NCBI GenBank assembly: GCA_020137815.1
Contig: CM035351.1
Coordinates: 1,922,001 to 1,986,000 of the forward strand
Length of the DNA: 64,000 bases
Reading direction: 5' to 3'
DNA from: Hormiphora californensis
Lineage: Eukaryota; Animalia; Ctenophora
The translations under genes were made by a program, and so were the position numbers. Below the pieces are notes generated by a model. It did no database searches and was not told the DNA's origin. It saw only the letters and a list, made by a program, of their open reading frames with translations. This document shows, in pieces, positions 32,250 through 64,000 of the stretch; position 1 is the first letter of the stretch, and each line of letters starts with the position of its first letter.

Positions 32250-32637
32250 ATAAGGAACCGTAATAAAGTTCAAGAGCCTCCAAGAGCACCCAAGAGCGCA
32301 CCCGATCGAAGAGAGACCACACCTGAGAGCGCACCACACCCAAAAGAGACCACATCCAAGAGCGCACCACCTCCAGAAGACACCACTTCAAGAGCGCACC
32401 ACATCAAAGAGAGCTCCCCATCCAGAAGATACCACGCGCAGGGGACACCACGCGCAGAAGAGACCAGCGCGGCGTTGTATTTGCGCGTGCGGTCTCTTCT
32501 GCGCGTGGTGTCCCCTGCGCGCGGTATCTTCTGGATGGGGAGCTCTCTTTGATGTGGTGCGCTCTTGGAGTGGTGTCTTTTGGAGGTGGTACGCTCTTGG
32601 ATGGGGTGCGCTCTTAAACTTTATTATGGTTCCTTAT
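32250..32637. mobile_element. Palindromic MITE built from aagagcgcacc subrepeats
   Basis: TIR ataaggaaccgtaataaagtt / aactttattatggttccttat; arms mirror around ~32478. Confidence 0.8.
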
Positions 32638-32787
32638 ACTCCATTTTTTTCAACTGTTCACCCCCCAAAGTCGTGCGCGGAATTGTTTTGCGCGTTTATC
32701 ACATGTTAACGTGTAGCGCGCGCCACCCAAATTCTAATTTTTATTAAATTTCAGTTTTTGGGTGAACAGTTGAAAAAAAATGGACTT
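32638..32787. mobile_element. ~150-bp MITE
   Basis: TIR tccatttttttcaactgttcaccc / gggtgaacagttgaaaaaaaatgga; core (cgtgcgcggaat..tcacatgttaacgtgt) shared with 37630-37784. Confidence 0.8.
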
Positions 32788-33398
32788 TATTTGAGTAGTA
32801 GGGACCCTAATCTGACCCAGGCACGGATTTCACCCCCCTTTTTTATGATTGGAAATAGTTAATTAATTGTCCCTTAGTCATGTACATTACAAGAAATATA
32901 CGCGTGCCTGGGTTAATTGGCCAATAAAAGCCAATTAAGTCTTAATTGCCAGTCAAACTACCTAAATGTCTCTTATTCTTGATTGAAACATCGGATTTGA
33001 GTCTAGTAAAAAGCATAGTGTTCTAAATTACTCTGCAAACAAGATACAGTAAAAAATTTGGATAAAATTGGTTTTAAATTAGGTTTTTTGAACATGGGCT
33101 TAATACCCGCCAAAACCAATAAATAGGGTACTTTTCCAATGCTGTCATCTTTTGACTTTCATCTGTACTTTTATACCGCGCGCACCAATATGTACCGTGC
33201 GCGGCAATCAGAACACCTTGTTCAAGGACAAAGGAAGGAGGTCTCATGGAAACAGCTGAGAAATGCGCTGACAAGTGCCGTAACCATGTTAATGAATTTC
33301 TTCCTCATTTTACGACCATTTCCAAGTTCCAGTATTCCGATATTAAACACAAAATGAAACATGTTTGTATACAGAGAGGGAAAGAGTAAGAGTAAGAG

Positions 33399-33453
<55 letters not shown>

Positions 33454-33809
33454 AGGGATAATTACAAACATGTTTCAATGATTCAACCACACTGTTCTTT
33501 GTAATTGTTTACCAAAAATTTAAACTGACATACATAATAAAATGGTACACAGTTCATTGTTCAAATAGACAAAAAATATTAACAATTAATAACATCCACA
33601 CATGCATAATTATAAAACGGTCCGTTGTGATTAACTGTGTACCGTATAATCAGCTGATCAAACTGTTCACCCCACCCATGGTTTTATCTGGAAAAATATT
33701 TAATTTCCACGTCACTCTGGCGGTATTATAATTGTTCCTTGCTATTTCGGGGTCAACATTTGGAATGAGTACGGAAAACAATGAAAGTTCAATTATTTCA
33801 AACACTCAT

Positions 33810-34264
33810 TCAAGGGCTTCGCCAACACAGGAATAGTCCCGCTATGACAGGCGACACCCAGTGTATTACTCCACCCCTAATCACATAGCGTCCCTCAGGA
33901 TGCGACCTTCTCAACTCACTAAATGTCTTTAATGTTCTCTTTCTCTCAACCCTCTGCTCTAGAGTCCGATCAGGCTCCAGAAACACCTTGGAGTAGGCCG
34001 TAGTAGTCTTGAGCTCCCTTGCCTTCCTCAGAAGAGAAATCAGAGTTTCCCTGGAGTTCAGAGAGACAACGACAGGTCTCACTTTTCCATCAGCAGCAGC
34101 ACCCACTCTGGAACACTTGGAGATCACAGGCTTCTCGTTTAGAGAGTCCATAACTCCGAAAGGGATCTTTGAGAAGCAGGATACACCTATCATTGCAGAT
34201 ATTTTACCCTTCCACCCAGGTATTCCGGCCGTTCCAACTGAGCGCCGTTCTGTGATGAGTTTTC
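33810..34264 (-). mobile_element. Remnant of a non-LTR retrotransposon (CR1/L2-type) ORF1 C-terminal region
   Basis: CSRVG..KVRPVVVSL..LLRKARELK..YSKVFLEPDRTLEQRVERK..YVIRGGVI is the typical LINE ORF1 RRM/CTD pattern; preceded by an acceptor (ttctttcag) at 34265; no ORF2 seen. Confidence 0.65.
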
Positions 34265-34289
34265 CTGAAAGAATACAGTGGTGAGGGAG

Positions 34290-34378
<89 letters not shown>

Positions 34379-36620
34379 GGGGGAGGGGAGAGAGAGAGAA
34401 AGAGAGTGGATGGTGAGAGAGAAATAGAGATAGGGAGATACAGAGAGAAATACAGAGACAATAGGAGAGAATCGAGATATAATATAATAATAACATAACG
34501 GCGAGGGAGATACAGAAAATTATTGTACATGACTGTACTGTTGAGGTTCACACAATAAATGCATGCACATCATTTCCCTCTAATATATGTCAAACTTGTG
34601 ATAGATATAGAGCTAGAGAAACACTCTAAGACAGACTATAGTGCAGGTCATGGGTATGCCATACCCATGACCTACACCATACACCATACCCAGTATGGAG
34701 AAATATATCAAAGGGATGGAGAGATAGAGATGGAGAGATAGCGATGGAGATGGCCTTGCTCAAACCTCTTTCCTAGGGGGGTTAGAACATAACATTAACA
34801 AGATGGAGATACAGGGTGGGCCAGAAACATGGAGCCATTTTGAGATAACTAATGTGTCAATACAGTTCGCTCTCCGAAATAGAGCTAGAGATAGAGCAAG
34901 AGATAGAGAGAAGACATCTGATAGCGAACGACAGAGGGAGACAGATTGCTCTATCATAATCATCATACCTACATGAATAGCATGTAATAAAGATAAATAG
35001 AAATGTAATAAATAACTGGGAAGAGAATGGAACTCGGGAGGGATTTGGGAAGGGACGATTTGACAACTAACTTTCTTGGTTATGGAGATGAGAGTGTAGT
35101 TCACGCGTCCAGTCCAGTTCTCTTTTCGGAAAATATCCCAGCCACATACTAGTCGGCCATCGTCTAATTGTAGTCGTTACTGCGGTGAAAACTAGATTCC
35201 CATGTTTATCATATCAGTTGGTACCTGGACGGGGCAAAGATTGTTTATAGACATGGTGATGTACTAGCTAAAAAAATGGTGAACATGTATATATAGACTG
35301 TTTATCGATCGTGATTCGATTAATTGGGGTTTCTTGCAACATTAGCTGGTACAGAATTTAGTGGTAACAGTACCTCGTTTGTAATGATTCCCCGAGAGAA
35401 AAGAAGAACACTCTTCCTCTTTGTAGACATTACACAATACACATCCGACATCCGTACACATCACTACTTTTGAGTTTTCCGTTCGCAGCATTAAACTATC
35501 AAATACTACCAGTTATAAATAAGAAATTTAGGGATTAAAGGATAATAAATAGAGGGGATAGGTAAAGTAACAAGGAGAATTGGTTCAAAAGTAGGTACCT
35601 AGGAGAGACGATGTAGAATCAGGTACCAAAAAGGGGGATGCAAAAGGAGTTACCCAAAAGGGGGAGGATGTAGAAGCAGGTATGAAGGAGTAAGGGTACA
35701 GAAGGCTGAAGGTACCCAGGAGGGGGATGAAGAAGCAGGTACCATAAGGAGGAAGGGTGTGCATGAAAGTTGGGCCAAGAGAGAATACAGAAGGAAAGAC
35801 CCAGGGCTGGGGTGCAGGAGGAGGTACCCAGGGTACGGAGGGAAGGTGGTACTCGGAAAGGAGAGAGTGCATGAAGAGGTAAACCAGGCCAAGGGAGAGA
35901 GCAGAAAGATATACCCACTGGCCACTACCCAGGAGCGAGGGAGAATGTAGAAGCAGGTACCACAGATGGCAAAAGGATGCACCAAAGACTCAGGACACAG
36001 GAAGGAGGATGTACAAACAGGTACAAAAGAGGGAGGGTGCAAAAAGGTGCCCAGGAGAGGCCAAACTCTAGAGGAAGTACAGAAGGGGGCTCCAAGGTGC
36101 CCAGTAGGAGGAAGAAGCTAAGGCAGCGACTGCATAATGCTAAAGGAGAACCGAGAAACCCACCATCGAGGCAGTGGTCTGACGAGGGTCCTTCAGCTTT
36201 CAACAAGAAACATTTAAAAGCAGCCAAATTGTGGGAAGCGATAAATTAGTAAGATTGCAATCAAATATGGCACAACTAAAACAAAAAGTAAAGAAATTAA
36301 TAGAAATCAGAAGGAAATTGCCAGGAGCGTCCGGATCAGACGTACCAAAATCCACCAGAGTGGAAATGAAACATTTTTGGTTCGGCTCGGCTGTGGACGA
36401 ACTTCTCGCTCAGAAAGAGCCGCGCACTTGCACGCGCAAATCCATTTACAAATTTCACTACTGCGCGCGAAATTAAGAAACCCTACTATGAGGTTCTCAG
36501 AGACAAAAAAAACTGAAATCACAATTCACGCGGACGCCTTGGCATACGTTGCAGGCCCCTTATAATATAATATAAGGGGCCTGGAGGGAATACCGCGCTA
36601 GGGGGGAATACATAATCAAT

Positions 36621-37012
36621 CATATCTCCGGTTCCAGATAAGGTACAGAAATCGTTTTGGTAGCGTTGGAAAGAGGAAGATAACAGCTTTCAAATGCAAC
36701 CGGTTTCAGGTCTCTATAGTCGAATTTTTTAATCAAGGGACAGGGGCCGCGCATTAACAAAAGTCTTTTTGCGCGTGCTAAACGTTTTCGCTCATATCTT
36801 CTGTTCCTGATAAGATAAAGACTCGATCTTGGTTGCGTTGAAAAGGTCTTAAAATTATCTTTCCAACGCTTCTGGGTTCAAGTCTTAAGATTGCCAGGAA
36901 CTTGATCTCGAGTATCACGCGCAAATACAAAGCCGCGCGACCCCTCTAAACGCGCGGCCCCCTGTCCCTTGATTAAAAAATTCGACTTTATCTTATCAGG
37001 AACAGGAGATAT
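36621..37012. mobile_element. Palindromic internal cassette of a non-autonomous DNA element, homologous to 11008-11240 and 11563-11677
   Basis: agtcgaattttttaatcaagggacagggg (36718) inverted at ~36960-36989; two atatctccggttcc..gcgttg(g)aaag modules. Confidence 0.7.
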
Positions 37013-37629
37013 GAACCAAACTCCGCAAAATCGAGTGCGGTAAAATCAAAATTTGAATGAAATTTTTAAAAAGGTGTCCCTGCAAGAATCTGTGACGTCA
37101 CTTTTTGAAAACAACCCATCTTTCAACGGCTATTGCTCAGCCTCCTTAAGTCCAATTAACTTCTCTCAAAAACAGCAAGGTAGATAATCGTCAGATCTAA
37201 CAACTGGTGAAAGAATCAAGTCAAACGGACTTCAGGAGCCAAAGTTATAAGCACCGCCGTTTTTTCGACCGCAAAGTTATCTTCGACCCAGCCGGGATCA
37301 GGCCAAACGCGCGCGCGGCATTCCCTCCAGTCCCCTCGTTGCGGGGGTGCGCGCATGAGGGGGCTGCAGCGCATTCCAAGCGGACGCCAAATTTTGGATT
37401 TCAAACTCAAATTTTAACACGGCACGCGCGACTACAAATGCATCGTTTAATCATTTAAAATTCGCGCATTCCATCCATTCGATATATGCAGCGCACAATA
37501 AACAAGATTGAGTGGGAAAACGTTAAAATCTGGGTGCCTTTCATTGCTAACAATTCATCGATTTTGGCGCGCGCGACGGGTTAGGGCTGTTGTTAGGGTC
37601 GGGTTAGGGTTTGGTTTGGGGTTATCGGT

Positions 37630-37784
37630 TAAAGTCGGATTTTTTGAAGTTGTCACCCCCCTTTTCGTGCGCGGAATGTTTTTGCGCGTCACATCACATG
37701 TTAACGTGTGGTGTGCGCGTCAAAATTGATAAATTTCACATGTGCGGTCATTTTGGGGTGACAACTTCAAAAAATCCGACTTTA
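37630..37784. mobile_element. 155-bp MITE
   Basis: Perfect ~30-bp TIR taaagtcggattttttgaagttgtcacccc / ggggtgacaacttcaaaaaatccgacttta. Confidence 0.85.
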
Positions 37785-38478
37785 GGGCTATCGATTCTCT
37801 ATCAGATACCGTTTAGTTTACTCAAATCGGCCATGTGGTTGCGCGGCTATAGCCGTTTGAAAAAAGTCGGTCTAAGTGGTTTTAGGTGTACTTTTTTGGC
37901 AGCGCGCACCTGTAAACTCGCTGCAAGGCACCCAGATTATAATCGCGCCCGATTGAGTGCACATGCAAACTTTTTAAAAACGAAGTTTCTTTTTTTCTCT
38001 GCTTTTTTCTCAGGTTTTCTCTACTTTTCTCTCTGCTTTTCTCTCTGATTCGAAAAGCGCTGCCCTATCCATGTGTTTTTCCAATAGTCTGTAGCATATG
38101 CCAACACTCATCCATGTAAACAAGGAAAACACGAGATATTTTGCTGCTCTGGTTGTTTTGACTTTTGAGCGTCAGCACTCAGCAGTCAGCACTCACGGTT
38201 TTAGGGTTAGGGCTATGACAGATACGGGTCAGGGTTTGGATACGCCAAACAAAACGGTTAAGTGGGTCGAGCCAAATTATTACAGGGGCCTCAAACCATC
38301 CATTTTGTAACGGCGCCCCATGGGAAATCGATATGAAATGTGAATTCTGAGCCAATGCCCGATATGCCTGCTTTCAGCCCTCGAAAAACGCCTTAAATTT
38401 AATAAAAAATTTTTGTTAATGTTTAGCTTATGAAGATATTGGATGTAGAGGTGTGAAAAGCGCTGAAAACCGCCGTTG

Positions 38479-63353
<24,875 letters not shown>

Positions 63354-63547
63354 GTATTACACCACCCAACCACCATTGGGAGGTGCAGTAGTGAACGCAT
63401 GAAATGTTATGTGGGATGTGTAGTATCACTGCTACATGACTGTCTCTTGGTACATAGTTCGGAGAGGGCAGTCTTTTGTGAGACAATGCTCTGATCAAGT
63501 CTGGCAGGTATGTGTTAGTTTTTATGGGCTCCAATCGCAACCCATAA

Positions 63548-64000
63548 AAAACTAACCTTCTCTCAGTGGGAGATGGAGGCAGCTGGATCCCCCCGGACCC
63601 AAACTAACCCCCCCTCTCTCTCAGTGGGAGATGGAGGAAGGATCCCTCCGGACCCAAACTAACCCCCTCTCTCTCTCAGTGGGAGATGGAGGCAGGATCC
63701 CTCCGGACCCAAGCTAACCCCCTCTCTCTCAGTGGGAGATGGAGGCAGGATCCCTCTGTACCCAAACTAACCCCCCTCTCTCTCTCAGTGGGAGATGGAG
63801 GCAGGATCCCTCTGGACCCAAACTAACCCCCCTCTCTCTCTCAGTGGGAGATGGAGGCAGGATCCCTCTGTACCCAAACTAACCCCCCTCTCTCTCTCAG
63901 TGGGAGATGGAGGCAGGATCCCTCCTGACCCAAACTAACCCCCTCTCTCTCTCTCAGTGGGAGATGGAGGAAGGATCCCTCCGGACCCAAACTAACCCTC
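63548..64000 (+). repeat. ~56-bp tandem repeat (8+ units) made of a MYO18 3' splice site plus exon start
   Basis: Unit aaactaaccccctctctctcag|tgggagatggaggcaggatccctccggaccc; runs off the window. Confidence 0.92.

Noticed and set aside
31992-32552. 186-aa plus-strand ORF
   Set aside because: Runs through the palindromic MITE subrepeats; no domain evidence.
37578-37625. ggttaggg telomere-like repeats
   Set aside because: Few and degenerate, embedded in a repeat element; not a telomere.
63548-64000. CRISPR-like appearance of the terminal array (also 24157-24308)
   Set aside because: No unique spacers and no cas genes; these are eukaryotic tandem repeats.

Overview
Eukaryotic, intron-rich animal DNA; no prokaryotic genes, CRISPR arrays, rRNA or tRNA seen. 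The repeat families and protein types look like a cydippid ctenophore (Pleurobrachia/Hormiphora-like); this is inference from recalled motifs, not a search. Bases ~3-31.4 kb carry six minus-strand genes: MSH6 (running off the left edge), a long-chain acyl-CoA synthetase, IAH1, NOPCHAP1/C12orf45, a DGCR2-like VWC-TM-PPxY protein and an intronless Patched-family protein. From 38.5 kb to the right edge lies a plus-strand PDZ-myosin XVIII whose introns host three antisense nested genes: an F5/8-C-lectin-sushi protein, an intronless LDLa-repeat GPCR and a PAN/ricin-TM protein. Introns and spacers are packed with MITEs, two ~1.34 kb near-perfect palindromes, non-autonomous Helitrons and long (CT)n tracts. 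Main observations: (1) the Patched protein lacks all three acidic transport residues (G-N...Q); (2) a tandem array of at least 8 copies of a myosin 3' splice site plus exon start; (3) splice acceptors just upstream of most start codons, suggesting SL trans-splicing; (4) a head-to-tail CTAG|TC Helitron dimer; (5) a palindromic cassette shared by elements with different ends. Scattered +1 frameshifts and the homopolymer-garbled first 1.4 kb suggest imperfect assembly polishing.
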